Shown one piece after another: positions 10,220-19,282 of a stretch of DNA of 64,000 nt; the first letter of the stretch is position 1; the number at the start of each line of letters is the position of its first letter. Position numbers and translations under genes: made by a program. The stretch is from Candidatus Falkowbacteria bacterium (GTDB lineage: Bacteria; Patescibacteriota; Patescibacteriia; CAIXNZ01), in the NCBI GenBank assembly GCA_963774955.1, contig CAVZGV010000003.1, positions 64,771 to 128,770 on the forward strand, in the 5' to 3' direction. A model generated the notes under the pieces. The model did no database searches. It was given only the letters and a program-made list of their open reading frames with translations, and was not told where the DNA came from.

Positions 10220-10921
10220 TTATATTTTGGATACAAAAGGATTGTCCCTGAGATAAAAGCGCCAGGGTTTATGCTTGTAAGCGCCGGCGTAATCAACACC
10301 AATGCGTTTTGCACTTTGTATTTGAGAAGGTTTTCCGCCGGAGGCGGATCCGCCCTTGGCGGATATTTTTTCCTTGGGATTTTCAGCCAGATAAAGCTTG
10401 GGACTGGTAATGATATTTACCCCGTTTAATTTTTTATCAATTTTTAAGGCCTGGCAGAGTTTGGCCGAACCATTGGTAAGTACAGTATAAAGTCTAAAGT
10501 CTAGGCCGCGAAGCGGCATCCCGCAACGCGGGAAAGTTAAAAGTTTGGAATTTTTTATCTTAAGTTTACGATTTTTATACATTTGTTTAATGCCGGCGAC
10601 AGGTTCCAGGGCGCGGATTAAGATGGCGGCAGGGAAGTCCTTGGCTTCGGTTACAATATTAAAGCAATAATACATACCATAAACCAGATAAATATAAGCT
10701 GTACCCGGCTGGTCAAACATAATTTTGGTGCGTTCAGTTTTGCCGCGGGACGCATGTGAAGCTTTATCTTTCGGCCCGTAATAGGCCTCGGTTTCGACAA
10801 TTTTACCAATTAAAATATTTTTACCGTCTTGCCGCAGCAGGTATTTGCCCAAAAGTGCTTGAGCCAGCTTAAAGGTATTTTGTTTAAAAAAATTTGCGTT
10901 TAAACGTCGGTAGTTTGACAT
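10220..10921 (-). CDS. mpg: 3-methyladenine DNA glycosylase (MPG/AAG family) with two in-frame palindromic inserts
   Basis: IVETEAY, ASHA, AYIYLVYGMYYCFNIV, AILIRALEP, RIGV..PWRF. Confidence 0.93.
   Translation of the reverse strand: MSNYRRLNANFFKQNTFKLAQALLGKYLLRQDGKNILIGKIVETEAYYGPKDKASHASRGKTERTKIMFDQPGTAYIYLVYGMYYCFNIVTEAKDFPAAILIRALEPVAGIKQMYKNRKLKIKNSKLLTFPRCGMPLRGLDFRLYTVLTNGSAKLCQALKIDKKLNGVNIITSPKLYLAENPKEKISAKGGSASGGKPSQIQSAKRIGVDYAGAYKHKPWRFYLRDNPFVSKI
10334..10363. repeat. 30-bp double-hairpin element in frame within mpg (encodes SAKGGSASGG)
   Basis: TCCGCCGGAGGCGGATCCGCCCTTGGCGGA; near-identical to 7150-7179. Confidence 0.85.
10504..10533. repeat. 30-bp double-hairpin element in frame within mpg, embedded in 7-nt-period repeats
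   Basis: GGCCGCGAAGCGGCATCCCGCAACGCGGGA. Confidence 0.8.
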
Positions 10922-10943
10922 AAATAGCTGGGGAGTATATAAT
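10915..10943 (+). promoter_or_regulatory. Perfect sigma70 promoter overlapping the mpg start on the opposite strand
   Basis: TTGACA-17 nt-TATAAT. Confidence 0.75.
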
Positions 10944-11000
10944 AAATTTCAATAAATAGTTATTTCGCCTGTAAAACAATTTTTGCCAAGGAGGTATAAA

Positions 11001-11138
11001 ATGAAAATTAAATTTGGTAGGAAAGTCGCGCAAAAGCCGACGGTCTTTCTTAAGCTAGTCTGGGCCATGCTGGCCAATTGGATCACCTGGCAGGAAATGA
11101 CCGCAATTATGGCGGCCGAGCTCCGGGTTTACGCCTAA
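11001..11138 (+). CDS. Small hypothetical protein (45 aa), absent from the ORF track
   Basis: AAGGAGG SD, MKIKFGRKVAQKPTVFLKLVWAMLANWITWQEMTAIMAAELRVYA, consensus promoter upstream, hairpin terminator ~11205-11241. Confidence 0.6.
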   Translation: MKIKFGRKVAQKPTVFLKLVWAMLANWITWQEMTAIMAAELRVYA

Positions 11139-11243
11139 AAATGGAATCAGGCCATGCAGGAGCCAAATTGTCAGGACAATGAGTTGACCATAAAGGCGAA
11201 AACAAAGCGCCCAAAGAGAAATATTACTCGGGCGCTTTTTTAT

Positions 11244-12583
11244 TTATATAACTTTCTTGATGGCCTGTTCCAGATTTTTTACAGGTACTAATTCTTTTTG
11301 TGAGGGTGCGGTTTTGCCAACCGGTATGATAATTTTCTTAAAGTTTAGTTTCAAGGCCTCTTCGATTCTTTTGTCCAGCTGGTAAACCGGCCGGATTTCA
11401 CCACCCAAGCCGACTTCGCCCAAAATCAGGGTTTGCGGGTCAATAGCTTTGTTTTTTAGGGAAGAAACAATAGCCAGGCAAACTGCCAGGTCAGCGCCGG
11501 TTTCGTTGATTTTAAGGCCCCCAGTGACGTTTAAATGGATATCCTGGTTGAGCAAGGGTACATCAGCCCGTTTAATTAGGACAGCTGCCAGCATTTGCAG
11601 TCGATTCAAATCATAGCCTGAACTTCGTCTTTGCGGGTAGCCAAACATGGTTTTGGTAACCAGCGCCTGGACTTCAATCAAAAACGGCCGACTGCCTTCC
11701 ATAATGCAAGTCAGAGCAGAACCGGAAATAGGCGTCTGATTGATGCGGTAGAAAAAGTTCTGAGGGATTTTTTACTTCCAGCAGGCCGCTTGAGCTCATG
11801 CTGAATATGCCGATTTCCTGGGTTGAGCCAAATCGGTTTTTGGCGCAGCGCAGTGAGCCGAAAATCATCCGAAGTTGAACTTTCCAAATACATGACTGCA
11901 TCAACCAGATGTTCCAGTGATTTGGGACCGGCGACCTGGCCGTCTTTAGTCACATGACCGATGATTAGAATGGCGATATTATATTTTTTGGCTATTTCTA
12001 AAAGTTTAACCGTACAAATCCTGACCTGATTAATTGATCCGGCCTCGGAAGGAAGTTCATTAGAATATAAGGTTTGGATGGAATCAATGATAATTAAACT
12101 TGGTTTTTCTTCGACTGCAAATCCGGTAATTTTTTCAACGTTGTTTTCGGCCAGAAATTTTAATTTGGGAAAATCCAGATTAAGCCGGTCAATTCTCATT
12201 TTTATCTGGGAGGCTGATTCTTCACCGGAAACATAAAGAATGGGGGACTGGAGCTGATGGCAGAGTTGTAAAACCAGGGTTGATTTGCCGATGCCGGGTT
12301 CGCCGCCCAGCAGGATTAAACTGCCGGCGACAATACCGCCGCCCAAGACGCGGTCAAATTCGCCGATCTTAGTTTGCAAACGTTCGAATTTGGGAGTGGC
12401 TGAAGTTTTAAAGTCAATGAGTTGGGATTTATCTACCTTTATAGTTGTCATTTGAATTTTGTCATTTGTCATTTCTTCGGCTATGGTTCCCCAGGCGCTG
12501 CAAGTCGAACAGCGCCCAGTCCACTTGGGATACTGGGCGCCGCATTTTGAGCAAGCGTATATTGTCTGAGGTTGTTTAGACAT
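11244..12583 (-). CDS. radA: DNA repair protein RadA/Sms, frameshifted at ~11700-11860
   Basis: CSKC..CSTC zinc finger, [15 protein letters not shown], Lon-like C-terminal domain across three ORF pieces. Confidence 0.93.
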
Positions 12584-12598
12584 GATGGTTATTTATTC

Positions 12599-13259
12599 AA
12601 CCCCCTCTTTGATTCTCCCCCTAATCATAGGGGGAGAGTGCGGGAATATCGGATTTTCCGTAAACACCCCTCCTTACAAAGGAGGGGATCGGGGGAGGTT
12701 CTCGGATACTTTATCAACTCCCTCCCACCTTCGCTAAAGCTACTGTGGGCTAGCTGTATCTCCCTCTAATCTTAGAGGGAGATTCCGGAAGTGCAGGCTG
12801 AGTTTTGATTTTACGATCGTTTATTTCCTTACAAAGACAATATAGTTCCTCAACCACTGAATCAATATCTTCAAAGATTTGGTGATTCCAATATCTTTTT
12901 ACAATAATTCCGCAATCTTGTAAATATTTATCCCTGATTTTATCTCTATTAATATTCTTTTGTAGGGTATGAATATCACCGTCTAATTCAATCGCTAATT
13001 TTAATTCAGGGCAATAGAAATCTACTATATAGTATCCAATCCCATATTGCCGACGGAATTTGTATCCTAACTTTTTGTTTCTTAATTCTTTCCAGAGTGT
13101 AACTTCAGCTGGAGTCATTTTTTCCCTTAATATTCTTCTTTTCGTTTTATGCAATTTTAAATTAAACAATTGCATTTGATTTTTTATTTTGGTTTTAATT
13201 TAGTATCTCTGGGCGCCGCATTTTGAGCAAGCGTATATTGTTTGAGGTTGTTTGGGCAT
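12599..13259 (-). mobile_element. DUF559 nuclease + REP-like hairpin module inserted at the radA 5' end
   Basis: Bounded by a 51-bp direct repeat of the radA start (12533-12583 vs 13209-13259, 48/51 identical); three GC-rich hairpins in the same order as the copy at 31458-32025. Confidence 0.7.
12750..13175 (-). CDS. DUF559 (Vsr/PD-(D/E)xK-like) endonuclease domain protein
   Basis: LR..MTPAE..LW..LR, KFRRQ, YIVDFYC, IELDG..H, RD..L. Confidence 0.9.
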   Translation of the reverse strand: MQLFNLKLHKTKRRILREKMTPAEVTLWKELRNKKLGYKFRRQYGIGYYIVDFYCPELKLAIELDGDIHTLQKNINRDKIRDKYLQDCGIIVKRYWNHQIFEDIDSVVEELYCLCKEINDRKIKTQPALPESPSKIRGRYS

Positions 13260-13263
13260 GGGG

Positions 13264-14961
13264 TTATTGAAAAAGTGGAAAATCAGAGGCTTCTGGTACA
13301 CAGGTGCCGCCAACAGATAATATTTTAGAAGTTGGGGTAGAGCATTTTAATCCCGCTCGGCACTCACCATCTCCTCTAGTTGTTACGCTATTACCAACCC
13401 TGGAACAGGAATCACCTATTTCACCTCGAGCGCAGGTATTGGTTCCCGCCGTGTTGCAAATTTTTGTTTTACATTCAGCATTACTGTTACAAGCTGTGCC
13501 TGCATCTCCAGTTGTACAAATATTGCCTAAAGAGGTATTGCAAATCATGGGATCGCCATTGGGAGCTTTGGGGCATTGATCGTTTGAATTACAATAACAA
13601 ACACACAACTTATCGCCTTTTGTTTGATTACTCGGTGCGCAAATGGTTCCGCCGGGAAATTGGAGATGGCCACCTTCAATTGGTTCTATTTTACATTCGT
13701 ACTCACCTTTGTTGCAATATGTTAATTCTTTTACCCCTGTTATTTTATCCATTGTGACACCAACAGCGGCACCTGCCATTCCTAATGTGGCTGTAATTGG
13801 CAATTTTGCATAAGCTGTGACGAGGGAACCTGTTAACCCGCAGGTAAATCCGCTTTGACAAGTAGTACTACTCATTCTGTAAGGATCACAGCGGCCATAG
13901 CCTATTTTGGGCATGCACTTGTTAGCCCCAAATGTTCCAACGCTGGTATTACAGTAATAGCCTTTCTCAGAGGCACAATCTTTATCAGCATCAGCATTAG
14001 CATTATAACAATTTTTTATTGTTTCAAAAGATGCACCACCTAAGCATTCTTGGAAATCAGTACCGACGCAAGGATTACCCACATAGCCAAATTGACAATA
14101 ATTTAAGCCTGCCCAAGGAGCATAGCATCTTAATCCCTTGCAGTCTTCTTTCTCAGTTTTATCAGAGCAGTCTTTAAAAAGTGATTCGGTAATATCAATG
14201 CATTTGCCGTCAGTACATTTGCCGCCGCAACAAAGGCGGTCTTCAGTGCAGGCTTCGCCGTTTTTAGTGCAATCTACACATTCCCAGGAACCGCTATTTT
14301 TACAAACCTTATCAGTACCTAAGGCTGAGCAGTCTTTGCCGGTGCATTTTGTTTTAAATGAATCTTCATAGGCTTCGCCGCATTTTTTAGTTAGGTCATC
14401 TGTGCAGGTGGTATTGTTTTCCAGATCCAAAGTGCGCAATTCGCCGACGCATAAACCAGGGGAGACTAATTTGCCTTTCTTGGCATCACAGTCGGCTTTT
14501 AATAAAAATTCATATTGTTTTTCACCTGTTTGACAGCATTTCGTGCCTTCTATTACTGTAATGGATAATGGCTGGAGCAGAATTGTGCCCGGTGCGACTA
14601 CTTGCAGGATGATAATCGCAAAAAGAGAGATACAGATGCCCAGGACAGCTTTGAAAATAGTATCTTTGGCTTTCTCGATATTTGACGGCGCTGCTCCGGA
14701 AAGTGTCCACAGGACACCGCCATACATGATCATAATAATAGCCAGGGCAATAACAGTGGCCGACCCAAATAAAAAGACAGCTTTGATATATTCGGCAATA
14801 GTTGAACCAGTAATCGGTAAACTGGCCGGTAAATCACCAAAAGGCACCTGTAGATCTAAAAAATCAAGCTGCGCCAGGCAGATAGGCAGGAAGATATTGA
14901 AAACCGTAACAATAATAAAGACAATAATCGGAAAAAGAAAAATTTTAGGCAATTTTGGCAT
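13264..14961 (-). CDS. VirB2/TrbC-like pilin domain fused to a large cysteine-rich extracellular region
   Basis: Signal-like N-terminus, IIMIMYGGVLW..IEKAKDTIFKAVLG pilin-like hairpin, then dozens of Cys in C-x(5)-C-x(4-5)-C-like repeats. Confidence 0.75.
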   Translation of the reverse strand: MPKLPKIFLFPIIVFIIVTVFNIFLPICLAQLDFLDLQVPFGDLPASLPITGSTIAEYIKAVFLFGSATVIALAIIMIMYGGVLWTLSGAAPSNIEKAKDTIFKAVLGICISLFAIIILQVVAPGTILLQPLSITVIEGTKCCQTGEKQYEFLLKADCDAKKGKLVSPGLCVGELRTLDLENNTTCTDDLTKKCGEAYEDSFKTKCTGKDCSALGTDKVCKNSGSWECVDCTKNGEACTEDRLCCGGKCTDGKCIDITESLFKDCSDKTEKEDCKGLRCYAPWAGLNYCQFGYVGNPCVGTDFQECLGGASFETIKNCYNANADADKDCASEKGYYCNTSVGTFGANKCMPKIGYGRCDPYRMSSTTCQSGFTCGLTGSLVTAYAKLPITATLGMAGAAVGVTMDKITGVKELTYCNKGEYECKIEPIEGGHLQFPGGTICAPSNQTKGDKLCVCYCNSNDQCPKAPNGDPMICNTSLGNICTTGDAGTACNSNAECKTKICNTAGTNTCARGEIGDSCSRVGNSVTTRGDGECRAGLKCSTPTSKILSVGGTCVPEASDFPLFQ

Positions 14962-14967
14962 AAGAGG

Positions 14968-15669
14968 TTATTTTTTTAGTTCACTGTCAATGATATTTTT
15001 TATCGTGTAATAATTGATAAAACCTTCAATTTTTTGGTCGTTAACAAAGATAGTTGGCACTGCCGTGACTTCCATATTTATGGCTTCAACCAGATTGCGG
15101 TCTAAGACGGCTACATATTTGCCGGTATTAATACATTGCTGAAATTTTTCCTTATCTAAACTCAAGGTTTGAGCCAGGCTTACATAAGTGGCCGGACCTA
15201 AATTGGTTTGGTTTTGATAAAGTAACTCTTGATACTCCCAGAATTTATTTTGTTCCCAGGCGCAGTAAGCAGCCGAAAGAGACGGCCGGGTTTCCTGATT
15301 AATAGTGACCGGCAGGCCTTTAAATATAAAACGGACCTGACTGGCGTAAATTTTTTCCAAGTTGTTCATGGTTGCCTGAACCGAAGCACAGCTGGGGCAG
15401 GTGAAATCAGTATATTCAAAGACTGTTACCTTGGCATCCGGCTGGCCTTTGATCGGATCATAGCGGGTAACCGCTGGAATTTTTTTCAGGGCCTGTTCAG
15501 ACTGATTTTTGTAATACTGGTCTAGAAAATTATATAATTTCCATTCTTTCCAGTAATAGCCGAGTAAACTATAGGAAATAACGAAAATAACAAGCACCGT
15601 AAAAATCAGAAAATAAATAAAATAAAGCTTTTGCGGGGAAATCAGGATTTTTTTCTTGTCAGTCATCAT
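14968..15669 (-). CDS. Membrane-anchored DsbA/thioredoxin-fold oxidoreductase
   Basis: EYTDFTCPSC active site, AVPTIFVN cis-Pro loop, N-terminal TM. Confidence 0.9.
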   Translation of the reverse strand: MMTDKKKILISPQKLYFIYFLIFTVLVIFVISYSLLGYYWKEWKLYNFLDQYYKNQSEQALKKIPAVTRYDPIKGQPDAKVTVFEYTDFTCPSCASVQATMNNLEKIYASQVRFIFKGLPVTINQETRPSLSAAYCAWEQNKFWEYQELLYQNQTNLGPATYVSLAQTLSLDKEKFQQCINTGKYVAVLDRNLVEAINMEVTAVPTIFVNDQKIEGFINYYTIKNIIDSELKK

Positions 15670-15673
15670 AGTT

Positions 15674-16936
15674 TTATAATCTTATTTCTTTAATTTGTCC
15701 GGAATTTTTATCCCAGGCGTAGAGGATGGTTTTATCCTGACTGATCACCATTTTGCCGATTGAAGTATCAAAAAGCGGTTGAGCGATCAATTCCTTACTG
15801 CCAGTCATCAGGTTAATTTTATAAATATTATCAGGCTGGGAATCGGCCATGCTGGGAATAAAGCCGCTGCCCAGATCAAGTGTTTTTGGCACGGCGCAAT
15901 AGATAATATTATCCCCGCCAAAGGTGCATTTATCAGCCCAGGTATCAAGATCAAGTTTTGTTCGTCCGGTACCCAGTAAATCAGGAGTTGAATTAACTAC
16001 CCATAAAGTCGGATTGTATGAAGACGCTGAATTGTATGAGCTGTAAAGTAGTTTATTGCCAGTGGGTGAAAAAACATAGCGGGGATCACGGCCCTCAATG
16101 CGTACGGCTTTGAAATTTTCGCCGTTAAAGCCGATCGGGTAAATCTCAGAACGGTCAGCATCGAGTCCTTTGATAAACATCGCAACATATTGGTTATTAG
16201 GGGACCAGGTAATGGCAACATTTTCATCCTCATCACCCAGGGCTTCAATCTGGCGGTAATTACCTCCGTTGGTATCACTGATGGCTATATATCTGTCTTC
16301 AGGATCAAGTTTCATGGCTTTAAAAGCGATTTTGGAACTATCAGGTGAAAAAGTAAAATCTTTCCAGTGGGTGGGCAGAGTGATGGTGGTCTTTTTATTA
16401 ATATCGTAAATAACATTAGAACCGTCTGGATATTCCATGACTGCTTGTTTGCTGTTTGGCGCCCAGGTTACTTTCTCTACATTTTTAAAAGCAATGTCAG
16501 AAATTAAAGTTTTAGTGCCATCAGGGGTGATATTATAAAAAAATCCGTTATTGGCATTATAATAAACCAAATCCGTACCATTACTGCTTAAAGATGGGGT
16601 TAAGGCCGGATCATTTTCCAACACAGTATATGCTGTAAGGCCGCCATTTGCTTGAAATGAAATCGTAGTGCCCGGAATAGTGGTCACAGGCGGGGGTAGG
16701 CTGGGCAGTGCCGGCGGCAAGAGTGCCGGAGCATTAATAAGGGGAGGGATATAGGCTGGAGGTGGCTGGGTGGGAGGAAATTCAGTCGGTGGAGTCGGAG
16801 TAACCGGCGGTGTTACGGGTGGCGTTGGTTGTGGTAAAAGAGGCCTGAAAAATAAATAAAAAATAGCAAAGCCTATAAGCACAGCAACGGCAATAAAAAG
16901 TATAATCAGTAAAACTTTTTTTGTTCGATCAGACAT
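15674..16936 (-). CDS. Membrane-anchored beta-propeller (TolB/WD40-like) protein with Pro-rich stalk
   Basis: TM, PTPP repeats, repeated WAP/FSP/WSP blade motifs. Confidence 0.75.
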   Translation of the reverse strand: MSDRTKKVLLIILFIAVAVLIGFAIFYLFFRPLLPQPTPPVTPPVTPTPPTEFPPTQPPPAYIPPLINAPALLPPALPSLPPPVTTIPGTTISFQANGGLTAYTVLENDPALTPSLSSNGTDLVYYNANNGFFYNITPDGTKTLISDIAFKNVEKVTWAPNSKQAVMEYPDGSNVIYDINKKTTITLPTHWKDFTFSPDSSKIAFKAMKLDPEDRYIAISDTNGGNYRQIEALGDEDENVAITWSPNNQYVAMFIKGLDADRSEIYPIGFNGENFKAVRIEGRDPRYVFSPTGNKLLYSSYNSASSYNPTLWVVNSTPDLLGTGRTKLDLDTWADKCTFGGDNIIYCAVPKTLDLGSGFIPSMADSQPDNIYKINLMTGSKELIAQPLFDTSIGKMVISQDKTILYAWDKNSGQIKEIRL

Positions 16937-17001
16937 ATTTTTTGGTTAATAATATATTAGTAAATAAAAGGCGGTAAAAATTATTAATTATTTTAAAATC
17001 T

Positions 17002-18393
17002 TTATGATTGCGGTGCTATTAATAACAGGAATAACGAAATAACAATTACCGGTGAGAGCAGGATCATTAAACAGATTATAAGTAACATCAGGATTATAGC
17101 GTCTAAGATGAGGAAAACAGCAATTTCAGCAATTTCAAAAAGCATCCACATGATTCTATCAGCCTTTTTATCAAAAGAATCATTGCCATCACTTATTTTT
17201 TCAGATTCTCCCGAGCCTCCTGATGTGCCGCCACCTCCTCCGGCAGCACCGCCACCTCCTCCGGCAGCACCGCCAGCTCCTCCGGCAGCGCCTCCAGCAC
17301 CTCCAGCAGCTCCGGCAGCACCGCCAGCTCCTTCGGCAGCTATATTTAGATATTCTTTCCATTCATGACCAAAACGGCAGACATATTTAGAATGTGCAAA
17401 ATATTTAACCAGAAAATGTATATTAATATAGATAATTCCTACGATAGGACCGAGAATTGTTTCCAGGTTAATTATGAGTGCCCAGGCATCACTTAAAAAT
17501 TGAGCTGATACTTTTTGCCCGATCATTATAATTACATCTTGGGCCACTTTCTTGGCAGCTTTAGCTGCTTCTCTGATCTTCATTTGAGAGGCTGCTCTTT
17601 GCATTCTCTGCAAATCTCTTTGCATGGCTTTTTCCGGATCTTCTTCCTGTTCTTTATCCTTGCCTTTATCCTCTGCTCCTTTTTTCTTATCTTTAGATTG
17701 GTCTTCTTCCCCTTGTTTTTCCTGGCCTCCTTGGCCCTGTATTAATTTAGTTTGATCAGACGGACCTGCTTCTTCAGGCGGTTCCGCCCCTGGTCCGGCT
17801 GAGGTTGGCTGCCGTTGCGCTACTCTGAAATCACGCGCTTGTTGATTTTCCTGTTGCTGTTCTTCTGGTTTTTCCGTGTTTTTATCTTGATCCGAGCTTT
17901 GTTGTTCCGGTTCTTTGCCCCCAGTTTGAGTTTGATCAGCAGGTTGCTGGTTACCGGTTTCGGCTTGGTTTTGTTCTGTAGTATTTTTATCTTGATCCGG
18001 ACCTTGTTGTTCCGGTTCTTTGCTCTCAGCTTGAGTTTGATCAGCAGGTTGCTGATTACCAGTTTCAGCTTGCGCATTACCATTAGTGGCCTGGCCTTGG
18101 TTTGCCGATGGAGCTCCTGACTTTTTCGGGGCAGTCATATTACCAGCTTGTTCTTGAGGCCCTGTTTTTTTCCCTTCCGCTTCATTAGCCAGGTTACCAG
18201 GTTCGTCTGGCGATCCTGGTTCTTGTGGTTGGCCATTTTTTCCCTTAGGTTTGCTTTGCGGAGTCTCATCATCATCAAGTTTTTCCGGTTTGGGGATATC
18301 TCCGGATATTTTAACTTGTCTTTTCTGATCACGTAAATTACGGCCCTGATCTTTTTCTTGGTTATTGGCTGGTGAAGTATTTGAATCGACCAT
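17002..18393 (-). CDS. Hypothetical membrane protein with Q/E/K-rich disordered N-terminus and Gly/Ala tract
   Basis: 463 aa, 35-aa internal duplication, GGAAGG repeats, hydrophobic C-terminus. Confidence 0.7.
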   Translation of the reverse strand: MVDSNTSPANNQEKDQGRNLRDQKRQVKISGDIPKPEKLDDDETPQSKPKGKNGQPQEPGSPDEPGNLANEAEGKKTGPQEQAGNMTAPKKSGAPSANQGQATNGNAQAETGNQQPADQTQAESKEPEQQGPDQDKNTTEQNQAETGNQQPADQTQTGGKEPEQQSSDQDKNTEKPEEQQQENQQARDFRVAQRQPTSAGPGAEPPEEAGPSDQTKLIQGQGGQEKQGEEDQSKDKKKGAEDKGKDKEQEEDPEKAMQRDLQRMQRAASQMKIREAAKAAKKVAQDVIIMIGQKVSAQFLSDAWALIINLETILGPIVGIIYINIHFLVKYFAHSKYVCRFGHEWKEYLNIAAEGAGGAAGAAGGAGGAAGGAGGAAGGGGGAAGGGGGTSGGSGESEKISDGNDSFDKKADRIMWMLFEIAEIAVFLILDAIILMLLIICLMILLSPVIVISLFLLLIAPQS

Positions 18394-18415
18394 TTGAAAA
18401 AATTAATTCCTAAGC

Positions 18416-19198
18416 TTAAGCGCTTTTTACTCTTTTTAAATCCTGATATAAAGCAAAAGGATAAACTAGTATCAATAGCATGATAATAATAACAAAAATA
18501 TAGCTTAGTGCCGGTCCGATTGCCGGCAGTTTAAATAGTAAACCGGAAATGTTGTTTAAGATTAAGACCATAATGGCCAGCACAAAAATTTTAAAGGCCA
18601 GGCTGGAGAGGCTGCTTTTACTTAAATGGTACGTGTGTTTAATGGCATTTAGCGGGTATTCATCCTTTTCAATTATGATATAAATGCTAAAGATCAGTGT
18701 CGAGGAAAGCAGTAAGATCAAAATATAACCCAGGATCAGAGAAAGTATGCCTAAAACAGCTTGGTTGGCGATAAAGAAGATAATGGCAGCATAAATCGGC
18801 AGGGAAAAGATAACAAACAAAATGGAAATGATAATGGCGAGGAACAGAAAGTTTAAAAAATGTTTTTTGACCGACTTAATATTTTCTCTGAATTTCAATT
18901 TGGGATTCATTAAAGTATAAATAATAACGATTTGGGCAACTACGGCAATAAGAAAATAAATAAGATAAGTGCTTAAAGCCCAGAGAATGCGGGAGACTAT
19001 TATATTATCAACAGTAATGACTTTAAAGGTAACAAGTAAATAATAAATATAGGTCAAGAGCAGATTGGCAGCTAAAATCAGAACTGAAATAAAAATAAAA
19101 CTTAGCAGTAAATTCAGCCAGCTTTGCTTGACGATTTCCAGACATTTAAGAAATAGCTGGCTGGTCGGCATTAATTTTACGGAGTTATTGGTTGGCAT
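18416..19198 (-). CDS. Polytopic membrane protein
   Basis: About six hydrophobic segments. Confidence 0.7.
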   Translation of the reverse strand: MPTNNSVKLMPTSQLFLKCLEIVKQSWLNLLLSFIFISVLILAANLLLTYIYYLLVTFKVITVDNIIVSRILWALSTYLIYFLIAVVAQIVIIYTLMNPKLKFRENIKSVKKHFLNFLFLAIIISILFVIFSLPIYAAIIFFIANQAVLGILSLILGYILILLLSSTLIFSIYIIIEKDEYPLNAIKHTYHLSKSSLSSLAFKIFVLAIMVLILNNISGLLFKLPAIGPALSYIFVIIIMLLILVYPFALYQDLKRVKSA

Positions 19199-19282
19199 CT
19201 TTAAGAAAGATTAAGAATTAAAAGTTGAAATTAAATATTTTGTTTATTTTTTTCTATCATAAAAAAGCCCCTGAAAATTTAT

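Noticed and set aside
13304-15010. Several + strand ORFs opposite the Cys-rich pilin, and similar shadow ORFs opposite pheT, mreB and rarA
   Set aside because: Antisense shadows of well-supported genes, with no SD or motifs.
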